This document shows positions 30,197-39,087 of a stretch of 64,000 nucleotides of DNA, in pieces (the stretch's first letter is position 1; each line of letters begins with the position of its first letter). Made by a program: the position numbers and the translations under genes. This DNA comes from Anaerolineales bacterium. Lineage in GTDB: Bacteria; Chloroflexota; Anaerolineae; Anaerolineales; Villigracilaceae. Location: assembly GCA_016927315.1 (NCBI GenBank), contig JAFGMV010000064.1, positions 9,373-73,372 on the forward strand. The letters are read 5' to 3'. The notes beneath the pieces are model-generated. The model searched no databases and was not told the origin of the DNA. It saw nothing but the letters and a program-made list of their open reading frames with translations.

Positions 30197-30400
30197 ATGG
30201 AAACAACCCTGTTGGTAGAAGATATGCTGGAACCGGCCAGCATGATCGCAGCTGAACTGGAAGGAAACGCATATCGTATTATCCATGCGGCTGTGGATTA
30301 GGCGGCTGCAATGGAAAAGTTCGCGGTTGGCGGCGGCTTACCGGCCGCTTTCTCCATAATCTCTCCGGCTCTCTGGCGTGTGCCGGGTTCAGCACTGTAA
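30197..30400 (+). pseudogene. Remnant of a response-regulator receiver domain (in-frame TAG, truncated)
   Basis: The reading frame gives METTLLVEDMLEPASMIAAELEGNAYRIIHAAVD, then TAG (30299-30301), then AAAMEKFAVGGGLPAAFSIISPALWRVPGSAL and stop. The beta1-alpha1-beta2 REC pattern is recognisable, but the domain is incomplete. Confidence 0.45.
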
Positions 30401-30427
30401 CCCTGCTCTTTCCCATGCTGCATATTG

Positions 30428-30466
30428 AAGCTCAACGACGGACAGAGGCCGCTGTTGAGCTTTTAT
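30428..30466. terminator. Hairpin with trailing TTTTAT between recO-side and reductase-side transcription
   Basis: AAGCTCAAC...GTTGAGCTT forms a 9-bp perfect stem with internal CGG/CCG pairing, followed by TTAT. Confidence 0.5.
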
Positions 30467-30487
30467 GAAATCATGGGGCAGGGCCTG

Positions 30488-31609
30488 CTAGTGGGCCCAA
30501 TTAATCACGAACAGCCAGCCGATGATTTTGGCCAGCCATCCCATGATTCGCCACACGAAAAACTGAAACCAACGCCAGCGAAAGGCATACAGGCACTGGG
30601 CGATCAGCCAGCGTGTCATTAATGCCTGGCCCATGCTGCTGGTTGCTACATGGAACTTGAAGCGTGAAAATGAGAACTCCTTGCGGTTGAAAGCGCTCCT
30701 GATCTCCCGGGCGGCCAGCAGTCCATACCCCAGGGCAAAACTGATCCCTTCCCCAAAGAGCGGGTCGGCTCCGGCAGCATCACCGACCAGGAGCACATGC
30801 GGGGCGGCCAGCGGGTTGGCTGGGTCGAAGAGATGGATAGGATGCCCCTTGAGATTTTCATCCTTGAATGGGTATCCTTGTTCTTTCATTTCACAAACCA
30901 GCAGTTCCTTTAGACCCGGCCGGCTGCTGGTAGAGAAGAGGTTGGCATCATAGATACCCCAGCAGCGCATCGGCTGCCCATGGACCTGCGCGGGGAAGTT
31001 CCAGGTGTACCCGCACACGCCGGTTGATATGGGGGCGAATTCGAAGACGGCTGTTTTTGGGAGGCTGTTTGAAGGAACCATGATCTCCAATGCCCGTGCG
31101 GAAAAGTTGCGAGCGGCCGGGAAGAGACTGCGGCGGGTGATCCCTTTGGAGCCATCCGCACCGACCACCAGCCTGGCCTGGAATGTTCCATTGTCTGACG
31201 CCACGATCACCCCGCGAGGATTTCGCCTGATATCCACGACGGTTACCCCTTCCCTGATTTCGATCCCTTCCTTTTTTACTTTACCGGCCAGCCAGGCATC
31301 GAATTCATCCCGCCGGATGACCCGCAGCGCGTGTCCGACCGGTACATGGATTTTCATCCCCCGTCCTTGACAATTGAATTGTATTGTCCGGGTATCCGCA
31401 TGGGGAATTTCAGCGATATCAAGCCCCAACCTTATAAGCAGCCGCTCGACGTCGATTACCAGGCCTCCGGCGCACAGCTTGGAGCGGGGATAATGCTCTT
31501 TTTCCAGTATCCGGATGCGGCTGGTCAGGTGCGGGGCGATCCGGGCCAGGAACAGCGCGGTCGACAGACCTGCCGGACCGCCGCCGATGATCAGGATGTC
31601 TTTTTCCAT
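30488..31609 (-). CDS. FAD-dependent oxidoreductase, geranylgeranyl reductase family
   Basis: Dinucleotide fold ILIIGGGPAGLSTALFLA, a later VVGADGSKG, and GDAAG. 373 aa. Confidence 0.85.
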   Translation of the reverse strand: MEKDILIIGGGPAGLSTALFLARIAPHLTSRIRILEKEHYPRSKLCAGGLVIDVERLLIRLGLDIAEIPHADTRTIQFNCQGRGMKIHVPVGHALRVIRRDEFDAWLAGKVKKEGIEIREGVTVVDIRRNPRGVIVASDNGTFQARLVVGADGSKGITRRSLFPAARNFSARALEIMVPSNSLPKTAVFEFAPISTGVCGYTWNFPAQVHGQPMRCWGIYDANLFSTSSRPGLKELLVCEMKEQGYPFKDENLKGHPIHLFDPANPLAAPHVLLVGDAAGADPLFGEGISFALGYGLLAAREIRSAFNRKEFSFSRFKFHVATSSMGQALMTRWLIAQCLYAFRWRWFQFFVWRIMGWLAKIIGWLFVINWAH

Positions 31610-31622
31610 GGGTTGATTCTAG

Positions 31623-31949
31623 CGGATTTTGATCTGTAATGAACAGGATGTGGTGTGCGAAGGCATGCAGGCCATCCTGGGTACCTCGCCAGAGATCGAA
31701 GTCGTGGGGATTGCCCGTGACGGGGTTGAAGCCCTGGAGATGGTTATCCGCCGTCCGGCCGGATGTGGTCCTGATGGACCTGAAGATGCCAGGGGTCTGT
31801 CAAATGCGGATATCGCAGCCCGGCTGTATCTCTCGGAAGGAACGGTCAGGAATTACGTCAGAGCCCTCTTCACCAGGCTGGGCGGCACTGACCGCACCCA
31901 GGCAGCTGTATTGGCCCTGTACCACGGTCTGGCCGATCTTGGAGACTAG
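31623..31949 (+). pseudogene. Decayed NarL/LuxR-family response regulator (frameshift plus internal deletion)
   Basis: Frame 1 reads RILICNEQDVVCEGMQAILGTSPEIEVVGIARDGVEALEMV. The expected RPDVVLMDLKMPG is in frame 2 (31756-31794). Frame 1 resumes at GLSNADIAARLYLSEGTVRNYVRALFTRLGGTDRTQAAVLALYHGL (LuxR HTH). About 100 codons of receiver and linker are missing. A stop lies directly upstream (31620-31622). Confidence 0.7.
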
Positions 31950-32173
31950 CTGGCGCGATAGAGCCGGGTAGACAAGAATGGATGGGGGTAAGGAAACGGG
32001 AAATCCATTCAACGGAAAGGTTTCGATTACCGCCAGGCGGTTATGTTAATTTGGTGATATTCCCCGACAGGGAAATGTCATTGATTGCAATCGGGGAAAT
32101 TGTACGAGGTGAATGGACCAAATCCGATGTTGCTGTTGTGGGAAGTTGATGGTGAAACCCCACCTGAACAATC

Positions 32174-32788
32174 TCAACCCCCGTTGGCTTTCTTGATGCC
32201 ATAGACCTGGTAGTGTTTGTTGATACAGTCAATTTTTGGCTGGTATCCCAGCTCACTGAAGACCGCCAGGTAATCCTTGGGCTCGTCATCACTCAACCTT
32301 GCCAGCCAGGTCAGAAACCTTGATCGCAGTGTTGCCTGTGGCGCGCTGGGCCATTCAGCCAGGTAGAGCTCCCCGCCGCGTTTGCACACTCGCAGCATCT
32401 CGCTGATGACCCAGACCGGTTCGACAAAGGTGGCGCTCAAAGCGTTGGTGACCACCACGTAATCGAAATGCTCTTCTGGATAAGGAATTTCATAGAAGCT
32501 AGCCAAGTTCAGTCCTGCCTGGGGAAGTTTTTTCCGGGCCTGGGCCAGCATCCCGGGGGACAGGTCGATACCACTGCACTGCAAGCCCTTTTGATGTGCG
32601 AAGGCCAGCAGCGTGCCGGTGCCGCAGGCCACATCCAGCACTCTCTTGCCGGGCTCCAGTTTTTCGGCGACCAGCTTTCTGCCCTTCTCCCCGACCGGGT
32701 AAAAGACTTTCATGTAAAGGTCATAACAGCCGGATAAACGGTCATAGGTTCTGGTTATCCATACAGTTGGACGGGCGGCAGGTTTCAT
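32174..32788 (-). CDS. Class I SAM-dependent methyltransferase
   Basis: SAM motif VLDVACGTGTLLAFA. 204 aa. Confidence 0.85.
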   Translation of the reverse strand: MKPAARPTVWITRTYDRLSGCYDLYMKVFYPVGEKGRKLVAEKLEPGKRVLDVACGTGTLLAFAHQKGLQCSGIDLSPGMLAQARKKLPQAGLNLASFYEIPYPEEHFDYVVVTNALSATFVEPVWVISEMLRVCKRGGELYLAEWPSAPQATLRSRFLTWLARLSDDEPKDYLAVFSELGYQPKIDCINKHYQVYGIKKANGG

Positions 32789-33050
32789 CTCTTTTCCTTC
32801 CTTACGGTCTTACCGGCGTAGGACAGGGAGTCAGTCTGCACAGCTGCCAGCGTACTGCCAAATGACGGGGTTGTCAAGCGCCTGGAGACGAGATGCACGG
32901 CTTTCCCAATGTCAGAGATGACGCACCGAAAAGGTAAATTATTCACCACAAAGGAGCACAAAGGAGAGCAAAATGCTAAACCCGAAGGTTTCCTTCGTGT
33001 TCCTTCGTATCCTTTGTAGTTAAAAACTTTGGTTTCAGCCTTAATTAGAT

Positions 33051-33488
33051 ATGTATCATAATTTTGATGGGTGGTGGTGGCCAGCTCTTGAAACGCTGAC
33101 TGATACCGGTTGGACTGCGGTGGAGATCAGTTGGAGTAGCAACAACCGTGAACTGAGCCTGTATGTGAATGATATCTACCAGGGCAAGGTTGTGGTGGAC
33201 GAATCCAGTGCTGCCCTGGATGAAGTGCGCCTGGGCGCCATAGGTCTCGACCAGGGCATAGGCGGGAAGCTGTTACTCGACGACTTTAACTCACGCCGGT
33301 ATACCTATCTTGGCCTGATCGACACACCTGATATTGACCTGCCTGAACCGGCAGACGAAGAAGACTGGGCTGAACGGGTCTACGCCTGCGAAGGCGAACA
33401 GGCGCATGCTGTGACTTCTGTATCTGATGACAGCCTCACGAATACCTATACCCAAAGTAGTGTGACATTGTCAAAGCAGTTACTATGA
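33051..33488 (+). pseudogene. Orphan fragment resembling the C-terminal part of a LamG/concanavalin-like domain plus the entry to an RHS/YD-repeat region
   Basis: WTAVEISWSSNNRELSLYVNDIYQGKV...LDEVRLGAIG...LLLDDFNSRRYTY is LamG-like. It is followed by AHAVTSVSDDSLTNTYT. A YD-like YYDFEN continues in a different frame just downstream. There is no signal peptide or N-terminal part. Confidence 0.4.
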
Positions 33489-34156
33489 CTTTGAGAATGC
33501 CCCGGACGAGATGGGCAGCTCATGCCAAAATACAAGTAGTGGTCCGTCAAGTATGGAATGTTGAGAGAGAATGCTCTCCAGGAGTTAAGCCGCTGATGGT
33601 TCCCGTACCTGCAGCTGCAGTGTTCCCGGCAGACGGATCAACTGTATCGGTAGCCTGTCTGCCCTGGACAGGGAGGCGCACGGTCTGATCCAGTGGAGCT
33701 GACCGGGCTATTCCTGAAGAGCATATAAGCGAGCCAGTGACCATATCCGCCAGGTACCTGCTCCAGGTCAGCCGGTGACCTGGTCCATTTGTAAGCCGTA
33801 TTCTCTCCGGGGGTGGGTGAACTTCGCGTCGGCAGTGGTCGATGCGAGGTTTGTACTACGGCTGTCACTTCGACAGGCTCAGTGTCCGTCCGGAGACCGG
33901 ATGCTTTCTCCATCAAAGTGCACCTGGTAAACAAGTAGTCGTACAGTTTTTTGTGTGGAGACCCGGCGGCGATAGCTGCAATTGACCCCCCGGATACTTG
34001 AATGTGTGCATCCAGCTTGTATACAGGATCAATCCTGGATACCGCAAGGATTCGGGCAGGAAATCCTTGTACAGGTTCAAAACCCTTTATAGGGGATATT
34101 TCTTTTAACGGTATAATCTTTTCGATATTATTCCCAAAATGATAGAACGAGAGATT

Positions 34157-37100
34157 ATGGCAGAACAACACACCTTCCAAGCGATTATCATCAAATTGCA
34201 AGAATTCTGGGCTCGCCACGGCTGCCTTATCTGGCAGCCTTATTACACCCAGGTGGGCGCCGGGACGATGAATCCGGCCACCTTCCTGCGTGTGCTGGGA
34301 CCTGAGCCCTGGAATGTGGCCTATGTTGAGCCTTCCGTGCGTCCCGATGATGGGCGCTACGGTGAGAATCCCAACCGTTTCCAGGTCCATTACCAGTACC
34401 AGGTCATCCTCAAGCCCGATCCGGGAAACCCGCAGGAGCTGTACCTGGATTCGCTCAAGGCGCTGGGGATCGACCCGCGCTGGCACGACATTCGTTTCGT
34501 GGAGGACAATTGGGAACAACCGGCTATTTCAGCCTGGGGCCTGGGCTGGGAAGTCTGGCTGGATGGCCAGGAGATCACCCAATTCACTTATTTCCAGCAG
34601 GTTGGCGGGGTGACGCTTGATCCCGTGGCGGTCGAACTGACCTATGGCCTGGAACGTATCCTGATCGCGCTCAACAATGCCGGTGAGATCTGGTCGGAAC
34701 CCTGGGGCGGCGAAGTTCCTTACGGCGAGATCCGCCGCCAGGAAGAATTCGAACATTCCAAATATTATTTCGAAGTAGCCGGTGTGGAGCGTGTGCGCCA
34801 GATGTTCGACCTGTACAAGGCCGAAGCCGAAGCCTGCCTGGAACAGGGGCTGGTGCTCCCGGCGCACGATTATGTCCTGAAATGCTCACATGTCTTCAAT
34901 ACACTCGATACCCGCGGCGCTGTTGGCGTTACTGAGCGCCAGGCTTTCTTCCACCAGATGCGTGGCCTGGCCCGCCAGGTGGCCGAGTCTTATCTGGAGC
35001 AGCGACGGCGGCTTGAGTACCCGCTGTTAAAAGAGGTCGCGGGAGCCGGACGACAAACGACGGGTGATGGTAGACAGACAACGGACGACGGCCGGCGGAT
35101 GGAAGCTGCCGGTGCTCCGCTGCCTTTCCTGCTTGAGATCGGTGTGGAGGAACTGCCCCCTGGGGATGTGACTGCCGCCCTGGAGCAGCTGGAGAGGCAA
35201 GCTCCGGTCTGGCTGGAAGAACTGCGACTCGAGCATGGCGCCATCAGGGTGGATGCCACGCCGCGGCGTCTGGTGGTCCAGGCGGCCGATCTGTCACCCA
35301 GGCAGCCCGACCGGGAAGAACTGGTCAAGGGGCCGCCGGCTGAGCGCGCCTTCGACGCAGATGGCAAGCCGACCAAAGCCGCAGAAGGCTTCGCACGCGG
35401 CAAAGGTCTGGACGTAAAGGACCTACAGGTGGTGGAAGTGGATGGTGGGAAATATGTTGGTGCGGTTATCAAGGAAGCCGGCCGTCCTGCCGGCGAGGTC
35501 CTGCTGGAGGCCCTGCCCGGGTTCGCAGCCGGGATCAGTTTTGTGAAAACCATGCGTTGGCTGTCCCCCTCCCGCCGGGCCGAAAATGATCCCGGTGCGG
35601 CTTTCTCCCGCCCGATCCGCTGGCTGGCGGCGCTGCTGGGCGAGCAGGTGATCCCCTTTGAATATGCCGGTCTGACGGCCGGCAGGACCACCCGCGGCTT
35701 GCGTCCCTATGATTCACCTGAGATAGAGATCAGATCTGCCGATCAGTACGAGCAATTGATCTGCAAGGCCGAGATCGTCCTGGACAGCCAGGGGCGTTCG
35801 GATTTGATTGCAGAACAGGTACAGGCCGCGGCTGCCAAAGCCGGCGGAGAGGCGATTGTTGAACCGGGCTTGCTGGCAGAGGTGACCCACCTGGTAGAGA
35901 AACCGACCCCGGTATTGGGAAGCTTCAACCCAGATTTCCTGGCGCTGCCGCGTGATGTGCTGATCTCTGTAATGAAAAAGCACCAGCGTTACTTCCCGGT
36001 CGAAAAGAACGGGAAACTGCTGCCGAACTTTATCGCCATACGCAATGGGGATGAACAGCACCTGGATATCGTCCGCGAAGGTAACGAGCATGTCTTGAAT
36101 GCCCGTTTTGCAGATGCAAATTTCTTTGTGCGTGAAGATCTCAAACAGAAGTTGGAAGCTTACCGCCCGGCTTTGAGCGGCTTGATCTTCCAGACCGATC
36201 TAGGCTCGATGCTCGACAAATCGGAACGTATGCTTAGGCTGGCTGACCAACTGGCCCCTGAACTGGGGATCAGCGGGGAGACCTTGGCCAATTTGCAGCG
36301 GGCTGTTTACCTGGCCAAAGCCGACCTGGTGACACAGATGTGCGTGGAAATGACCTCCTTGCAGGGTATTATCGGCCGTGAATATGCGCTGCGTTCGGGG
36401 GAGAACGAAGTCGTTGCTGCTGCGATTGCCGAACAATACCAGCCGGCGCCTTCCAGTGGAGCAGGCCTGGGCCTGGCGCTGGTTGACCGGATCGATTCCC
36501 TGGTCGGGTTGTTTGCGGCAGGCCTGGCGCCTACTGGGGCCAAAGATCCCTTTGCCCTGCGGCGAGCCGCAATTGGAACGGTCCAACCTTTAATTGAACA
36601 TGACATCGATTTTGACCTGAAATCTGCAGTGGAAAAGGCTGCGGCCCTGCAGCCGGTTGAGGTTGGCGATGAGGTGAAACAACAGGTATTGGAATTCCTC
36701 ACCGGGCGTCTGCGGGTAGTGTTGCAGGATAAAAACCTGCGTTATGATGTTGTCGATGCAGTCCTGGCCGCCCAGCCGGAGAATCCGGCTGCCGCAGCAC
36801 GGGCGGCGCGGCAGCTCCAGGCCTGGGTCGAACGGGATGATTGGGATAAGATCCTGCCCGGGTATGCACGCTGTGTGCGTATCATCCGCGCCGCGGAACT
36901 GGCCAAAGACTTACAGGTTGTGGATGACGGTAAATTGGTTGAAGAGGCAGAAAAGGCGTTGTATATAGCCATCCAGGCCACTGTTGTCGGTTCGCCGTCG
37001 TCGGTTGACGAATTCCTTACCACGATTGAGAAATTGATCCCGGTTATCGACAGGTTCTTTGATGAAGTACTGGTCATGGCTGAGGATCCGGTTCTCAAGC

Positions 37101-37180
37101 AGAACCGTCTGGCGCTGGTCGGGCAGATTGCAGGCCTGTCTGCCGGGCTGGCAGACCTGGGCAGCCTGGAGGGCTTTTAG
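34157..37180 (+). CDS. glyQS: Glycine--tRNA ligase, fused alpha and beta subunits
   Basis: Alpha part: [23 protein letters not shown]...[17 protein letters not shown]. Beta part begins [14 protein letters not shown]. It is one continuous ORF of ~1007 aa from ATG 34157 (track start 34139). Confidence 0.93.
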   Translation: MAEQHTFQAIIIKLQEFWARHGCLIWQPYYTQVGAGTMNPATFLRVLGPEPWNVAYVEPSVRPDDGRYGENPNRFQVHYQYQVILKPDPGNPQELYLDSLKALGIDPRWHDIRFVEDNWEQPAISAWGLGWEVWLDGQEITQFTYFQQVGGVTLDPVAVELTYGLERILIALNNAGEIWSEPWGGEVPYGEIRRQEEFEHSKYYFEVAGVERVRQMFDLYKAEAEACLEQGLVLPAHDYVLKCSHVFNTLDTRGAVGVTERQAFFHQMRGLARQVAESYLEQRRRLEYPLLKEVAGAGRQTTGDGRQTTDDGRRMEAAGAPLPFLLEIGVEELPPGDVTAALEQLERQAPVWLEELRLEHGAIRVDATPRRLVVQAADLSPRQPDREELVKGPPAERAFDADGKPTKAAEGFARGKGLDVKDLQVVEVDGGKYVGAVIKEAGRPAGEVLLEALPGFAAGISFVKTMRWLSPSRRAENDPGAAFSRPIRWLAALLGEQVIPFEYAGLTAGRTTRGLRPYDSPEIEIRSADQYEQLICKAEIVLDSQGRSDLIAEQVQAAAAKAGGEAIVEPGLLAEVTHLVEKPTPVLGSFNPDFLALPRDVLISVMKKHQRYFPVEKNGKLLPNFIAIRNGDEQHLDIVREGNEHVLNARFADANFFVREDLKQKLEAYRPALSGLIFQTDLGSMLDKSERMLRLADQLAPELGISGETLANLQRAVYLAKADLVTQMCVEMTSLQGIIGREYALRSGENEVVAAAIAEQYQPAPSSGAGLGLALVDRIDSLVGLFAAGLAPTGAKDPFALRRAAIGTVQPLIEHDIDFDLKSAVEKAAALQPVEVGDEVKQQVLEFLTGRLRVVLQDKNLRYDVVDAVLAAQPENPAAAARAARQLQAWVERDDWDKILPGYARCVRIIRAAELAKDLQVVDDGKLVEEAEKALYIAIQATVVGSPSSVDEFLTTIEKLIPVIDRFFDEVLVMAEDPVLKQNRLALVGQIAGLSAGLADLGSLEGF

Positions 37181-37188
37181 TATCGTCA

Positions 37189-38685
37189 ATGACTGAGCCG
37201 GACGAGAACTCTCTTCACTATATTGAGCAGCTCCTGCTGGAGGGCAATCTGCAGGAGGCCCACCGCCAGTTGATCGCTTTCGTGCAGCGGTCCCCGCGGT
37301 CAGCCCCGGCCTGGATGCTGCTGAGCGAGATCGTTACAGAAAAGAAACAAAAGCAAGATTGTCTTGAAATGGTGCTGCGCCTGACGCCGGGGAACCGGCA
37401 GGCGCATGACCGTCTGGCAGAACTGAAAGGAGAAACTGTGGTAAACCCGCCTGCGGTGGGATCAGTTTCTCCTTTTTCATTCGGTAACGGCGACCTTGGG
37501 CTTTCTCCAGCGAATGACGAACCTGTGCCGGATTTTCTTACTCCAGAACAACTCAACACGGGAACCGGAGGCTCGGATTCCGTGTCCCCATTCACCCTGG
37601 GGGATAAGCCGCAGGGGGACGCCGTCCCGGGCAGCCGGGATATCCCTGATTTTCTATCTGCAGACCAGTTTGATATCACCCTGAATTCAACCTCCCCGCC
37701 GGCCAGGTCGGTTTCGCCGTTTGCACGCGCTGGTTATGAACTCGAAACTCCTGCCAGCGGTGACTCTATTCTATCCTTCCTGTCTTCAGAGCAGGGTGAA
37801 GACGAACTGACGACCGAACCGGAACCTGCCCGCTGGCAGGAAAAGCCGCCCCCACCGATTTTCCCGATCAAGTTTACGTATGAGGACGAATCCGGGCCGG
37901 CACCTGCGCGTCCCTCACACTCTCTGGAAGAAGTTCCGGCGCCGGTTGAGGGCGTTGAAGAAGAACCGAAAAAAATGAACGGCATGTTCAGGCGGCTTCT
38001 CAGGGCCTTCTGGAGAGTAATCGCGACCTTATTCATCCTGGGTTCGCTGGGTTTTCTGGGGTATGTCGGTTATGTTGGCTGGAATATAAGGGCGGCTTCG
38101 TTCCAGGCAGCCACCCAAACAAAGGTCCAGGCCCTGACCGACAGACCGGCTGCGACAATGCAGGCCACCTGGACGCCGCGGCCAACGGCCACCCCTACGC
38201 TGACCGGGACACCCACGATCGTACCGACCATCACCCCGACGGTGGATGAACTGGTTACCGGTCCCCGGACGGGCCTGTTCGCGCCCAACTTTGTACTGAA
38301 TAATGTCTTTGATGAGGTCGAAATCCTGACCAACTATAAAGGCCGCCCAATCGTGATCGTCTTTTGGAAGATCAACTGCCCGGCCTGTGAGGACCAGATG
38401 CCGGGTGTGAAGGCCATTGCCCGATCGTATAAGGCGGATGGCCTGGTTGTACTGGCGGTCAACGTGGGGGACAGTGTAGAGGAAGCACGAGCGTACCAGG
38501 AAGCCAACGAGATCGAATTTCCCATCCTGATTGATCTGGACCAGGCGATCATGTTGAACTACCAGGTCTCTTCCCTGCCGACTAACTATTTCATCAACCG
38601 GGAAGGCAGGATCGTCAAGATCCAAGCCGGGGCGATGCCGCAGAGCGACATGATCGATGAAGTGCAGGTGATCCTGGAGAAGTAA
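37189..38685 (+). CDS. Membrane-anchored TlpA/ResA-like thioredoxin-fold protein with an N-terminal TPR-like region and three ~38-aa repeats
   Basis: 498 aa. The N-terminal helical pair is TPR-like. Three units contain SVSPF...(I/V)PDFL/LSFL..(E/D)Q. The TM helix is VIATLFILGSLGFLGYVGYVGW, followed by a Thr/Pro linker. The C-terminal thioredoxin fold has WKINCPACEDQ. Confidence 0.85.
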   Translation: MTEPDENSLHYIEQLLLEGNLQEAHRQLIAFVQRSPRSAPAWMLLSEIVTEKKQKQDCLEMVLRLTPGNRQAHDRLAELKGETVVNPPAVGSVSPFSFGNGDLGLSPANDEPVPDFLTPEQLNTGTGGSDSVSPFTLGDKPQGDAVPGSRDIPDFLSADQFDITLNSTSPPARSVSPFARAGYELETPASGDSILSFLSSEQGEDELTTEPEPARWQEKPPPPIFPIKFTYEDESGPAPARPSHSLEEVPAPVEGVEEEPKKMNGMFRRLLRAFWRVIATLFILGSLGFLGYVGYVGWNIRAASFQAATQTKVQALTDRPAATMQATWTPRPTATPTLTGTPTIVPTITPTVDELVTGPRTGLFAPNFVLNNVFDEVEILTNYKGRPIVIVFWKINCPACEDQMPGVKAIARSYKADGLVVLAVNVGDSVEEARAYQEANEIEFPILIDLDQAIMLNYQVSSLPTNYFINREGRIVKIQAGAMPQSDMIDEVQVILEK

Positions 38686-38740
38686 CCGACAGGCCACGGA
38701 CGACGGATGACTGTGGTCCGGTAAAGATAAGGAGGAAATC

Positions 38741-38981
38741 ATGCCGTATAAATTCGAACTACTGGATATCTGGAAGCTCTCGCTGGATTATATTGACCTG
38801 ATTTATGAACTGGCAGAAAAACTTCCCCAATGAGGAATACAACCTTAAATCACAGAGCATCTGGGCTGCAAACTCACTTGCCTGGAATATTGCAGAAAGC
38901 TCGACCGGACAAACGGATTCTGGACCAGGTACGTTATCGAAGAACAAGAAGAATATCCAGTGGTCGATGAGTAATCAATAA
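38741..38981 (+). pseudogene. Decayed four-helix-bundle protein gene (23S rRNA intervening-sequence protein family)
   Basis: AGGAGG RBS, then MPYKFELLDIWKLSLDYIDLIYELAEKLPQ and stop (38831-38833). The next frame continues NEEYNLKSQSIWAANSLAWNIAESSTGQTDS. Removing one C from the CCCC run (38825-38828) restores LPNEEYNL. The C-terminal half of the family is missing. Confidence 0.7.
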
Positions 38982-39057
38982 CTCCTGGTTCTTTGTCGTT
39001 CATGATCCTTTATCCTTTATCTGTTGTCTGTCGTTCGTGGTCCATTCTCCAGAAAAT

Positions 39058-39087
39058 TTGCACGAATCCCCCCTGCGCGTCTATAAT
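39058..39087 (+). promoter_or_regulatory. Candidate sigma70-type promoter for dnaG-rpoD
   Basis: TTGCAC (39058-39063), 18 nt spacer, TATAAT (39082-39087). Confidence 0.45.

Noticed and set aside
32973-33023. 16-codon mini-ORF MLNPKVSFVFLRILCS with a strong AAGGAG RBS
   Set aside because: It lies in a patch of short tandem duplications next to a gene fragment. It has no downstream structural gene to regulate and no recognisable leader-peptide logic.
33900-34138. T-box riboswitch upstream of glyQS
   Set aside because: There is no AGAGA/AGTA-box, specifier-loop or T-box (GGTGGTACCGCG-like) sequence, and no terminator/antiterminator pair.
33638-34519. 293-aa minus-strand ORF
   Set aside because: Its 5' 380 nt run antisense through the highly conserved N-terminus of glyQS. 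The remaining part has no recognisable family and a Pro/Arg/Gly-rich composition typical of antisense frames in GC-rich DNA.
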